From Ferroglobus placidus DSM 10642 (GTDB lineage: Archaea > Halobacteriota > Archaeoglobi > Archaeoglobales > Archaeoglobaceae): a stretch of DNA of 32,000 nt. The notes under the pieces are model-generated. The model was not told where the DNA came from, made no database searches, and was given only the letters and a program-made list of their open reading frames with translations. This document shows, in pieces, positions 1 to 8,618 of the stretch; position 1 is the stretch's first letter; every line of letters begins with the position of its first letter. Position numbers and translations under genes: made by a program. The stretch is from the NCBI RefSeq assembly GCF_000025505.1, contig NC_013849.1, positions 1,860,001 to 1,892,000 on the forward strand, in the 5' to 3' direction.

Positions 1-8
1 AAAATTCG

Positions 9-2246
9 TCACATTATTCCGGAAGTTAGCTTCCTGTAAAGCTCTCTGTTATTCCTCCAGAGATCGAAGCGGTCGAGATGCATGACTTTTGCCCACGCAG
101 AAACAAAATCCCTGACGAACTTCTCTTTCGCGTCATCGCAGGCGTAAACTTCGGCAACAGCTCTTAGCTCGTCGTGGTGCCCTATTATTAAATCGACTCT
201 CGTAGCTCTCCACCTCACTTCCCCGCTTTTTCTATCTACAGCCTCGAAGGTGTACCGATAGCTATCCGCAGCCCGCCACTCGTAACTCATGTCCAGAAGG
301 TTTACGAAGAAGTCGTTCGTAAGTGTCTCAGGCTTGTCTGTGAGAACGCCGTAGTCAGAGTAGTTGTAGTTGGCTCCAAGCACCCTCATCCCGGCGATGA
401 GCACCACCATCTCAGGAACTGTTAGAGTGAGAAGATTGGCTTTATCGACGAGGAAGTATTCAGGAGTCGTGTAAACATCAGCTTCATCAATGCTCTCGGG
501 ATTTCTGAAGTAATTTCTGAAGCCGTCAGCGAAAGGCTCAATAGCTTTGTAAAATTCAGCATCGACATGCTCCTGCAGTGCGTCAACCCTTCCGGCAACG
601 AACGGCACTTCCACGCTGAATCCAGCCTTTCTTGCAGCTTCTTCAATAGCTGCACAACCTCCGAGAACTATAAGGTCAGCTAACGAAACCTTTTTGTCAT
701 TTCCCTTCGCTTCCTGCTCCTCGTTGAACTCTCTCTGTATTTTTTCGTAAACTTTTACAACTTTTTTCAGCTCTTCCGGATGGTTTACCTCCCACTCGTT
801 CATTGGATAAAGCCTTATCCTCGCCCCGTTTACCCCTCCCTTCCTGTCGGAGTTTCTGTATGTTGATGCCGAAGCCCATGCGTAGTAAACGAGCTGCTTT
901 ACGCTTAGCTCCTCGAGCAGCCTTTTCTTCAAGTACCTTACGTCTTCTTCTTCGATAAGCTCGTAGTCCCTCTCGGGGAGGGGATCCTGCCAGATGAAAG
1001 TCTCCTTCGGAACGTATTTTCCGAGATAGCACTCCTTAGGTCCCATGTCCCTGTGAGTGAGTTTAAACCATGCTCTCGCGAAGGCTTTCTCAAACTCCTC
1101 GGGATTTTCGAGGAATCTCTTTGCTATTTCCGCGTACTTCGGATCGAACCTCAAAGCAAGATCGGCTGTGAGCATTCTCGGCCTGTGCTTCTTGTTCGGA
1201 TCGTAAGCGTCGGGAATTATCTCCGGCGCATCCTTTGCAACCCACTGATACTTTCCAGCAGGACTCTTCTCAAGCTCCCACTCGTATTTGAAGAGGATGT
1301 GCAGATACTGTATTCCAAACTTTGTCGGCGTAGGAGACCAAATGAGTTCGAAGCCTGATGTGTAAGTGTCTGGACCCTTTCCGCTTTTGTACTCGTACTT
1401 CCACCCGAGCCCCTGCATTTCTATCGGCGAAGAGCTCGGATCCGGACCAAGATATTCAGCTGGTCCGGCTCCATGACATTTTCCGAAAGCATGTCCGCCG
1501 GCGATTAAAGCAACCGTCTCCTCATCGTTCATTCCCATTCGAGCAAATGCCGTTCTTATCTCCTTGGCAGATTCAGCCGGATCGGGATTTCCACCCGGTC
1601 CCTCCGGGTTGACGTAAATCAACCCCATTTCAGTTGCAGCGTAAGGTCTTTCAAGCTTCTCCTTCTCCCCTCTTTTTGCTGTGAGCATCTCCTCCTCCGG
1701 TCCCCAGTCGGGGCTTTCGTCGGGCTCAAAAACGTCCTCTCTGCCGAGAGCGAAGCCGAGAATTTTAACCCCCATGTCCTCCAAAGCGACAGTTCCGGCT
1801 AAGATTATCAAGTCTGCCCAGGAAAGCTTTCTTCCGTACTTCTTCTTTACAGGCCAAAGAAGCCTTATCGCTTTGTCGAGGTTTACGTTGTCCGGCCAAT
1901 TTATTCTTGGAGGAAATCTTATGCTTCCGTCTCTCGCCCCACCTCTTCCGTCGTAAATTCTGTAGCTACCAGCGCTGTGCCAAGCGAGACGGATAAACAA
2001 TGGTCCGTAATGCCCGAAATCTGCAGGCCACCAGTCCTGAGAGTTCTTCATAATATCTTTCAAATCCTTTATAACGGCGTCAATGTCGAGGGTTTCGACT
2101 TCTCTTGCGTAATCGTAATCCTCCCCGTAGGGATTTTGATTGGGGCAGTTTTGCCGAAGAATTTTCAAATTCAGTCTGTTCGGCCACCAGTCCGTAATCC
2201 ACCTTTTTCTCGACTTTTTCCCAGTTTTACTACCACTTTTTTCCAC
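9..2246 (-). CDS. katG: Bifunctional catalase-peroxidase KatG (745 aa)
   Basis: Full-length ORF. Class I haem peroxidase hallmarks are present: distal '[11 protein letters not shown]' and proximal '[14 protein letters not shown]'. The length (~740 aa) fits the duplicated two-lobe architecture. GTG start at 2246 is preceded on the minus strand by the SD-like GAGGTGG (2251-2257). Confidence 0.95.
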   Translation of the reverse strand: MEKSGSKTGKKSRKRWITDWWPNRLNLKILRQNCPNQNPYGEDYDYAREVETLDIDAVIKDLKDIMKNSQDWWPADFGHYGPLFIRLAWHSAGSYRIYDGRGGARDGSIRFPPRINWPDNVNLDKAIRLLWPVKKKYGRKLSWADLIILAGTVALEDMGVKILGFALGREDVFEPDESPDWGPEEEMLTAKRGEKEKLERPYAATEMGLIYVNPEGPGGNPDPAESAKEIRTAFARMGMNDEETVALIAGGHAFGKCHGAGPAEYLGPDPSSSPIEMQGLGWKYEYKSGKGPDTYTSGFELIWSPTPTKFGIQYLHILFKYEWELEKSPAGKYQWVAKDAPEIIPDAYDPNKKHRPRMLTADLALRFDPKYAEIAKRFLENPEEFEKAFARAWFKLTHRDMGPKECYLGKYVPKETFIWQDPLPERDYELIEEEDVRYLKKRLLEELSVKQLVYYAWASASTYRNSDRKGGVNGARIRLYPMNEWEVNHPEELKKVVKVYEKIQREFNEEQEAKGNDKKVSLADLIVLGGCAAIEEAARKAGFSVEVPFVAGRVDALQEHVDAEFYKAIEPFADGFRNYFRNPESIDEADVYTTPEYFLVDKANLLTLTVPEMVVLIAGMRVLGANYNYSDYGVLTDKPETLTNDFFVNLLDMSYEWRAADSYRYTFEAVDRKSGEVRWRATRVDLIIGHHDELRAVAEVYACDDAKEKFVRDFVSAWAKVMHLDRFDLWRNNRELYRKLTSGIM

Positions 2247-2288
2247 ACTACCACCTCTTATCTCGTTGGATTGATTATTTAAAAAATT

Positions 2289-2300
2289 TTCTAATTAGAA
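2289..2300. promoter_or_regulatory. 12-bp perfect palindrome TTCTAATTAGAA in the katG / fur-like divergent intergenic region; candidate operator
   Basis: The palindrome was read directly. It lies in a 102-bp AT-rich spacer (2247-2348) next to TATA-like TTATTTAAAAAA. No binding data exist. Confidence 0.3.
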
Positions 2301-2348
2301 GTGACATCTATCGAAAACTATTTCTATTAAAGAACTGAGGAAAAATGG

Positions 2349-2741
2349 ATGAGCAACTGGAAAAATTTCGCGATCGAAAAAATGAGAAAAGCGAACCTAA
2401 AGCTAACTCCTCAAAGGCTGAAGTTAATAGAGGTGATCGAAAAAACGAGATACAAACACCCGTCACTGAACGAAATTTACGATGAAGTGAAAAAGGAGTA
2501 TCCAACCACGAGTTTTTCGACGCTGTATTCCAACCTTTTAATTTTGAAAGGTCTCAACCTGATCGAATTTTTCTCCTTTGAAAGGGAAACGAGGCTTGAA
2601 GTAAACGTTAAACCGCACATTAACGTTGTGCACGCAGACACCGGAGAAATTTCAGATTTCGTCGATGAGGAGTTAATTAAAAATATAGAAAGAAAAATGA
2701 AAAAGAAAGTAAAAATGATAAACGTTCTCGTAGAGGGTTAG
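2349..2741 (+). CDS. Fur/PerR-family metalloregulator-like protein, Cys-free (130 aa)
   Basis: N-terminal wHTH has the family signature 'LKLTPQRLKLIEVI...HPSLNEIYDEV'. The C-terminal 'KPHINVVHADTGEISDF' aligns by eye with the HxH..CxxCG..DF segment of Fur/PerR. SD-like TGAGGA lies 8 nt upstream. The gene is divergent from katG. Confidence 0.7.
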   Translation: MSNWKNFAIEKMRKANLKLTPQRLKLIEVIEKTRYKHPSLNEIYDEVKKEYPTTSFSTLYSNLLILKGLNLIEFFSFERETRLEVNVKPHINVVHADTGEISDFVDEELIKNIERKMKKKVKMINVLVEG

Positions 2742-3023
2742 CTTTAATTTGGGAGGTAAGGAAAAGAAGAGTCGGTGTTGCATCAGCTTCGGCTTTCAGC
2801 CAATCATCCTCTCCAACGATTCTCTTCCAAACCTTTCCGTCCCTCGTTAAATATCGATCCCCCTAGCTCTCTCCTAACCTCCTCCGCTCTCGGGTCTATC
2901 CTAGCTATACCCGCTCCCCCATTCAGCCAGCACCCTATCTTCATCTATCCCTATATCTACTCTTCAAGGTAACCAGATGTAGCTTATGATCTCCAAATTC
3001 GAGAGGTATGAATGATTTACCAG

Positions 3024-4106
3024 CTACTCCTTTAGTAAAGCGTATTTTAGAACAGGATCGGTAAGCTGATAGTAGACATTTCTGCCTTCAACGATTTTTT
3101 CTACGAAAGATGCCTTAAGCAAGCTCTTTATCGCTCTGTTTAAGGAACTGTCAGGAATAGTTCTCCCTTCTACCGACTCTAAGTATTTCTTGATCTCACT
3201 CCAAGTCTTCTTACCAATTGCGATAGCTTTAGCTATCTCGAAAATCCTTTTCTCCGCTGGTTTGTGCTTTTCTAAAAATTTGTTAAACTCTTCAAGCGAA
3301 AGTTTGCTAGCTTCACCCAAAACCTCGTCAACCACACCTTCAGAAGGCTCCTTTTCCAAGCATTTTAATCCAAAGTGAACTAACCAGCCAACTATTCCAT
3401 CAAGCCTCTCACAAGCGTACTCAATAAGGTCTTCTTCAACATCCAACCCTACCTGCCCAAAGCCTTTTATGAGAAAATCCTTGCTCTTGAAGTAATCGAA
3501 CCTTTCCAACCTTATTTCTCTGAAATATCTGCCGTAAAGTGGAGCTTTCGGATTTTCAACACCTAGGAAGTCGTAAAGTAAGCCAATTTCTGATCCGCTT
3601 AAGACTATTTTCAATTCAGAGTGGTCGTAAAGATAAGCTAGTACTTCGGCTACCTCCTTACCCACAGGCCCTCTTAAGTATTGAACCTCGTCAAAGACCA
3701 GTACTACCTCATAACCTTCAAGATTTCTTAATAGCTCAACTAGATCTACTCTTTTCTCTCTCCACGAAAGGCTTATACCACTTCCGAGCACTTGAACTCC
3801 AGTTATTCTTTTCAGTTCATTTCTAAGCTTCTGCCACACACTCCTATGTTTTCTGAAAAATTCGTTCATAGCTGACTCTATCCTTCGGTAAAGACCTTCT
3901 ATAGACTGTGGAACTCCTCTCAAATCTACCATTACACTTGGTTTATCGCTCAAACCGACCAGAATGAGGGATGTTTTTCCTAATCTTCTTATTCCCGTAA
4001 CTACAGTTAGAGGAGATCTTTTCACAGACCTTACAAACTCTTCAAGCTCTTCATCCCTATCGTACAAATCTTCCCTTCTCCTCTTGGGTCTTGGATCGAA
4101 GTACAT
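3024..4106 (-). CDS. Archaeal-type AAA ATPase (Arch_ATPase/DUF234-like, 360 aa)
   Basis: Walker A 'GIRRLGKTSL' and Walker B-like 'VVLVFDEVQYL' are present. The C-terminal ~80 aa look like a wHTH tail ('GKKTWSEIKKYLE...NRAIKSLLKASFVEK'). This is the typical architecture of the archaeal ATPase family. Confidence 0.8.
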   Translation of the reverse strand: MYFDPRPKRRREDLYDRDEELEEFVRSVKRSPLTVVTGIRRLGKTSLILVGLSDKPSVMVDLRGVPQSIEGLYRRIESAMNEFFRKHRSVWQKLRNELKRITGVQVLGSGISLSWREKRVDLVELLRNLEGYEVVLVFDEVQYLRGPVGKEVAEVLAYLYDHSELKIVLSGSEIGLLYDFLGVENPKAPLYGRYFREIRLERFDYFKSKDFLIKGFGQVGLDVEEDLIEYACERLDGIVGWLVHFGLKCLEKEPSEGVVDEVLGEASKLSLEEFNKFLEKHKPAEKRIFEIAKAIAIGKKTWSEIKKYLESVEGRTIPDSSLNRAIKSLLKASFVEKIVEGRNVYYQLTDPVLKYALLKE

Positions 4107-4107
4107 T

Positions 4108-4152
4108 AACTATCGCCCCGATAGTTGACTATCGGGGTGATAGTATATAAAA
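4108..4152 (-). promoter_or_regulatory. Promoter plus tandem palindromic operator candidate for the ATPase gene
   Basis: Site 1 is AACTATCG-CCC-CGATAGTT (4108-4126). Site 2 is ACTATCG-GGG-TGATAGT (4128-4144, one arm mismatch). They are followed by a minus-strand TATA, TTTTATAT (4145-4152). The sites fill the space between the TATA and the ATG at 4106. Confidence 0.45.
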
Positions 4153-4611
4153 TTTAGCTTTTATTATCTTGTCAAAATAATCACGGCGGTTCAAGGACTC
4201 GTCATCTACGACCATCACCTTTCTTAGGCAAGAAACCAGTAGTCGAGCGGAAGGTCTGATTATGACGGAGATGCACGATGGAAGTTCCTAAATTTACTTC
4301 TAAGGGCTGGTGCGCTAAAGGGAGAAAAGCTATCGGTAGAGTGTGGTTCGAAAGAATCAGATACGAAAACGTGTTTTTTATCTTAGGATGCTTCTCTGAT
4401 ACTGCCTGAAGTTTTTTAACTCGAAGTAAGAGTGTAAAAGTTCTTAACAGCGTCTTCAAGATTGAGCAGGGCGCTCTTTTCCCGATTGTCAGCTATAGAT
4501 ATATAATTAGCTCTATATTATACTCGATAAATTATTTTTAAATCGTAATAGTTAAGAACTGTTTATTCTGAAGGAAGTAAAAAGAGAGATATGGCAAAGC
4601 TAAGTTTCTTA

Positions 4612-4684
4612 AGCCACGGCCGGGATTTGAACCCGGGACCTTTGCCTTACCAAGGCAACGCTCTGCCAGCTGAGCTACCGTGGC
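4612..4684 (-). tRNA. tRNA-Thr (anticodon GGU), 73 nt, no encoded CCA
   Basis: Hand-folded cloverleaf: acceptor GCCACGG/CCGTGGC, D arm GCTC-AGCTGGCA-GAGC, anticodon stem TTGCC/GGCAA with loop TTGGTAA, variable AGGTC, T arm CCGGG-TTCAAAT-CCCGG, discriminator T. Confidence 0.95.
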
Positions 4685-4749
4685 TTAAATTAGCTTAGCG
4701 AACAATTTGCTTATGAAGTTTGCGGTTAATAGAATTGCTATGCATATCG

Positions 4750-5418
4750 CTATTTCAAGAACTCCAGCATTTCCTCTTCGCTAACGTCGTGCCACTCCAG
4801 ATAAGCGTCCGCAACGGCGTAGGGGTAAACGTCCCTTAAGTTTACGCAAAATATTCCGTCGCAGCTCTTGGAAATTAAATTAATCGCATGCGAGGAAGCT
4901 GTGGGAACGGCGACGTAAACCTTGTCGTAAAACCTCCTCGCGCTCTTTATTGCTACGAGCATGGTATAGCCGGAAGCCAGTCCGTCGTCGACGAGAAAAG
5001 CGATTTCGTTTCCTTCTTTAAGCAAATACTTCTCCGGGATAATTTTCAACCTCCTCTCTATTTTCTCCCTCGTCTTTTTTATTTGCTCTTCAACGACGTC
5101 GTCGCTGATTTTGTAGTGGCGAATAGCTCTTTTGTTCAATTCCACGTCTCCGAACATGCTCAACGCTCCAAAGCCTGCTTCGGTTGTCCAAGGAAACAGT
5201 ATCTTCGAAACGAGCAAAACCTTCAATCTCAATTTCATTTTTTTAGCCATCGCCCAAGCTACCGGGACTCCTCCAGCCGGAATTGCGACGACATCGGTCT
5301 TATCTCTGTCAACGTCAAAATGCCTAACGATTAAATCCGCAAGCTTTTCTCCGGCATCTATTCTATCTTTGAAAACCCCAAACTTATTGTAGTATCTTTC
5401 ATCATGAACGACAAACAT
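4750..5418 (-). CDS. Predicted phosphoribosyltransferase (type I PRTase fold, 222 aa)
   Basis: PRPP-binding motif 'IAFLVDDGLASGYTM', plus the N-terminal 'VVAIPAGGVPVA' loop typical of the uncharacterised PRTase family. Confidence 0.8.
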   Translation of the reverse strand: MFVVHDERYYNKFGVFKDRIDAGEKLADLIVRHFDVDRDKTDVVAIPAGGVPVAWAMAKKMKLRLKVLLVSKILFPWTTEAGFGALSMFGDVELNKRAIRHYKISDDVVEEQIKKTREKIERRLKIIPEKYLLKEGNEIAFLVDDGLASGYTMLVAIKSARRFYDKVYVAVPTASSHAINLISKSCDGIFCVNLRDVYPYAVADAYLEWHDVSEEEMLEFLK

Positions 5419-5441
5419 ACAGACAGAGTAAGGCGAAGGTG

Positions 5442-5451
5442 TAAATTTTTA
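5442..5451. promoter_or_regulatory. Shared bidirectional TATA element (TAAATTTTTA)
   Basis: Its centre is about 28-30 nt from both divergent start codons (5418 on the minus strand, 5476 on the plus strand). That spacing fits two leaderless transcripts. Confidence 0.4.
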
Positions 5452-5475
5452 CTGTCGGTAGGCATAAGAGCGCAC

Positions 5476-5808
5476 ATGGAAGAAGTTAAGAAAAAGATTC
5501 TTGAAGCATTCAGAATTGCAAGAGAGTCGAACGAAAAGCCGTGGGAGCTGCAGGACAAACTAAAGAAAGTTTTTCCTTCCGTAGTAGCTGTGGGAGACGA
5601 CCTTTCTTTTACCGTTAAGCTCGAAAAAGATGTTACCGTCGACGAAGAAAAGGTTCTTTCTCTTGGAGCCAAAAAGGTGAAAATCTACCCGTTCAAAAAC
5701 GCTTACAGATTTGAAAAGGGATTTGTAGCGGTGGAAGGAAAGTTTTTGAGAATTAGCAGAGACGTTGACGAGAAAATTCTGAGGGAGTTTTTGGATGCAT
5801 TAAGTTAA
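5476..5808 (+). CDS. Hypothetical protein (110 aa from the ATG at 5476; the track ORF begins at 5404)
   Basis: Purine-rich, hyperthermophile-like composition. It ends 24 nt before hel308. The longer 5404 start would overlap the divergent PRTase gene, so the internal ATG is preferred. I recognise no motif. Confidence 0.55.
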   Translation: MEEVKKKILEAFRIARESNEKPWELQDKLKKVFPSVVAVGDDLSFTVKLEKDVTVDEEKVLSLGAKKVKIYPFKNAYRFEKGFVAVEGKFLRISRDVDEKILREFLDALS

Positions 5809-5832
5809 TAAATTCTCCTCGTAGTTTTATGA

Positions 5833-7899
5833 ATGATGAACGTTGATGCTCTTTCGGATCATCTCTCTAAATACGTCGTCGATATTCTCAAAAAAAGGGG
5901 AATCGAAAGACTTTATCCGCCTCAGGAGGAGGCTGTGAGGAAAGGCTTGTTTTCGAATAAAAATTTGGTGGTTGCGATACCTACCGCAAGCGGGAAGACG
6001 CTAATAGCTGAGTTGGCGATGATCTACGAAGTTATTCGCGGAGGGAAGTGTTTGTACACGGTTCCTCTAAGAGCTTTGGCTGGAGAGAAGTTCGAAGAAT
6101 TCTCCAAATGGGAGGAGATTGGAGTAAAAATTGGCATATCAACGGGAGATTACGAAAGCAGAGACGAGTGGCTCGGAGAGTGCGACATAGTCGTTACGAC
6201 ATCTGAGAAAGCCGACTCTCTATTAAGAAACGAGGCGAGCTGGTTGAGAAATCTGAGCTTACTCGTTGTCGACGAAATACACCTAATAGACTCCGCAAAA
6301 AGAGGAGCAACTCTCGAGGTTTTAATAGCCAAGCTGAAAAAGCTAAATCCAAATTTGAGGATAATAGCCCTTTCAGCAACGATTCCAAACGCTGACGAGA
6401 TTGCCGAGTGGTTGAATGCCGAGTTGATTAAGAGCGAGTGGAGACCCACACCTCTCTACGAATACGTTTTCTACCCGGGAAGACTTTTAAAGTTCGAAAA
6501 CGGTTTTTTGAGGGAAGTTAAAGCTGAAAGTTCCATTGAGAGGCTTATAGTGAGAACTCTCGAAGAAGGAGGGCAGGTTTTGGTTTTCGAATCCACGAGG
6601 AGGAACGCTGAAAGCTACGCAGTTAAAATTTCCGGCTATACGAAAGAATTCGTCGAGGATAACAGCGACGTGGCTGAAAAAGTCCTCGAAGAAAACGAGG
6701 GAGAGATGAGCAGAAAGCTTTCTGAGTGCGTCAAATTGGGAAGCGCTTTCCACCACGCTGGATTGTTGAACTCTCAGAGAGTTGCAATAGAGAAAGCTTT
6801 CAGAGAAGGGAGAATAAAAGTTCTCGTAGCAACTCCAACCTTGGCAGCCGGAGTTAACCTTCCGGCAAGGAGGGTTATTTTGAAAAGCTACAGGCGCTAC
6901 GATTCTGGAGCATACGCTCCAATAATGGTGAGCGAATACAAGCAGATGGCTGGAAGAGCCGGAAGACCGGGTTTGGATGAGTACGGGGAAGCTATAATAG
7001 TGACGAAAACGAGAGACGAAGCTTTAAAAGTTGCCGAAAGGTATTTGGCTGGAGAGCCGGAAAAGGTTATCTCGAAACTCGGAAGCGAAACACATTTGAG
7101 GTTTCACACTCTATCGTTAATATCCGAAGGAATAGCAAGCAGCTTCGAAGATTTGCTCGATTTTTACTCAACAACGTTTTTCGCATACCAAAACGAGTTC
7201 ACCTTGGAGTGGGAGATAAGAAGAATAGTCCTCCAGCTTGAGAAGTGGGGGATGATCGTCGAATACGCTCCCACCTCCTTCGGCAAGCTCGTTTCAAAGC
7301 TTTACATAGACCCCCTTTCGGGATTTATATTTAAAGAAGAGCTATCGAAATTTGATGAGCTTTCCGACTTGGCTATGCTCCACCTAATTTGCAGAACTCC
7401 AGACATGGAACTCCTCAGTATCAGAAAAGCGGACGGCTGGATTGAGAACGAGCTTGAAAATTTAAGAGAAGAACTAACATATTATCCTTCGATTTACTCG
7501 GCAGAATACGACTTCTTTCTGAGGGAGTTTAAAACCGCCTTATGCCTATACGACTGGATAAACGAGAGAGACGAGGATATAATTTGCGAAAAGTACGGAA
7601 TAGCTCCGGGAGACTTGAGGAGGATTGTTGAAACTGCCGAATGGCTGATGCACTCTTTGAGGAGGATAGCTGAACATCTCTCTCACAACTTGGCATCTAA
7701 GGCTTTAAAGCTCGAGATGAGGTTGAAGTACGGAGTTAAAGAAGAGCTTCTCGATCTCGTTAAGCTGAAAAACGTTGGTAGGAAAAGAGCGAGAAAGCTC
7801 TACAACGCTGGAATTAGAAATCTCGAAGATTTGATTCAGAATAGAAAGATAGCAGAAAAACTCATAGGTAGCAGAATTGTCGAAAAGATTTTGAGCTAA
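5833..7899 (+). CDS. hel308: Hel308 / Ski2-like superfamily 2 DNA helicase (688 aa)
   Basis: Helicase motifs I 'AIPTASGKT', II 'VVDEIH', III 'SAT' and VI '[10 protein letters not shown]' are present. There is a C-terminal helix-hairpin-helix '[17 protein letters not shown]'. The length matches archaeal Hel308. Confidence 0.93.
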   Translation: MMNVDALSDHLSKYVVDILKKRGIERLYPPQEEAVRKGLFSNKNLVVAIPTASGKTLIAELAMIYEVIRGGKCLYTVPLRALAGEKFEEFSKWEEIGVKIGISTGDYESRDEWLGECDIVVTTSEKADSLLRNEASWLRNLSLLVVDEIHLIDSAKRGATLEVLIAKLKKLNPNLRIIALSATIPNADEIAEWLNAELIKSEWRPTPLYEYVFYPGRLLKFENGFLREVKAESSIERLIVRTLEEGGQVLVFESTRRNAESYAVKISGYTKEFVEDNSDVAEKVLEENEGEMSRKLSECVKLGSAFHHAGLLNSQRVAIEKAFREGRIKVLVATPTLAAGVNLPARRVILKSYRRYDSGAYAPIMVSEYKQMAGRAGRPGLDEYGEAIIVTKTRDEALKVAERYLAGEPEKVISKLGSETHLRFHTLSLISEGIASSFEDLLDFYSTTFFAYQNEFTLEWEIRRIVLQLEKWGMIVEYAPTSFGKLVSKLYIDPLSGFIFKEELSKFDELSDLAMLHLICRTPDMELLSIRKADGWIENELENLREELTYYPSIYSAEYDFFLREFKTALCLYDWINERDEDIICEKYGIAPGDLRRIVETAEWLMHSLRRIAEHLSHNLASKALKLEMRLKYGVKEELLDLVKLKNVGRKRARKLYNAGIRNLEDLIQNRKIAEKLIGSRIVEKILS

Positions 7900-7916
7900 A
7901 CTCAAAAAACTTGGAT

Positions 7917-8618
7917 ATGAACGTAATTCTCGTAGGTCCGGCTGGAAGCGGGAAATCTACGTTTGCCAAGGAGTTCTCCACTTATTTGAGGGAAGGCGGA
8001 TATGATGTTAAGGTTGTCAATCTCGACCCAGCCACAGATCCGATCTACGAAGCTGACAGAAATTTGAGGGATTTTATTAAAACTGAGGAAGTTATGAAAA
8101 AATTCAAACTCGGAATAAACGGAGCGTTGATTAAATCGATGGAGATGTCGTTGGAAATTCTGGATGAAGTTATAGTCGAAGGAGAATACGTGATATACGA
8201 CACCCCCGGACAGATGGAGCTTTTTCTTTATACGGATTTCGGAGAAAAGCTTGTGGAAAAATTGAATGGCTTTACGACCGGGTTATTTTTGATAGATTCT
8301 TGCCTTGCAACGAGTCACGAGAAGTTTGCCGCATGCGTAGCTCAGGCTGTTGTTGTCACGCTGAGGTTTTCAATTCCATTCGTTACCATCTTCACGAAGT
8401 CGGACTTATGCGAAGCTTTAAGTTTGAAGGACGTTAAGAAAAGAATTTCCGAAAGCGAAGGAATGGTTGCCGAAGTTCTCGAGAACTTTTTGAGGTTCGT
8501 GGACGTGACGACTCTCCCTCAGAGAATAGTCAGAATTTCGAGCAAGGATAGAAGGGGATTTGACGAGGTTTTCGGAGTTATACACGAGATATTCTGCTCA
8601 TGCGGAGATATCAGCTAA
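7917..8618 (+). CDS. GPN-loop GTPase family protein (PAB0955-like), with GIN in place of GPN
   Basis: P-loop 'GPAGSGKST', 'VNLDPA', 'DTPGQMELF' and 'TKSD' are present. ATG at 7917 is preferred over the TTG at 7911. Confidence 0.8.
   Translation: MNVILVGPAGSGKSTFAKEFSTYLREGGYDVKVVNLDPATDPIYEADRNLRDFIKTEEVMKKFKLGINGALIKSMEMSLEILDEVIVEGEYVIYDTPGQMELFLYTDFGEKLVEKLNGFTTGLFLIDSCLATSHEKFAACVAQAVVVTLRFSIPFVTIFTKSDLCEALSLKDVKKRISESEGMVAEVLENFLRFVDVTTLPQRIVRISSKDRRGFDEVFGVIHEIFCSCGDIS

Noticed and set aside
422-2282. Track ORFs inside or antisense to katG, of which I list eight (e.g. 422-655, 697-1032, 1053-1358, 1358-1612, 1681-1956, 1977-2282)
   Set aside because: All lie within the well-supported katG frame. 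Their translations are low-complexity (S/P/R/L-rich) shadow frames with no motifs or translation signals.
2775-2972. 65-aa plus-strand ORF (P/S/L-rich)
   Set aside because: It lies on the pyrimidine-rich strand, has implausible composition for this proteome, and has no SD or TATA. The minus strand looks more like decayed coding sequence (see findings).
4202-4459. 85-aa minus-strand ORF, and a 43-aa plus-strand ORF at 4278-4409 with a faint RelE-like 'RVWFERIRYENVFFILG'
   Set aside because: Neither has start signals or a recognisable domain. The RelE resemblance rests on a few residues, which is not enough to call.
2742-4611. Idea that the ATPase and relic DNA next to tRNA-Thr is an integrated element using the tRNA as attachment site
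   Set aside because: I found no integrase gene. By eye I also found no direct repeat of the tRNA 3' half (e.g. GGGATTTGAACCC) elsewhere in 2.7-4.6 kb.
5404-5475. Longer N-terminal extension of the 5476 ORF (track start 5404)
   Set aside because: It would overlap the divergent PRTase start and the shared TATA. The extension (MNDKHTDRVRRRCKFLLSVGIRAH) looks non-native.
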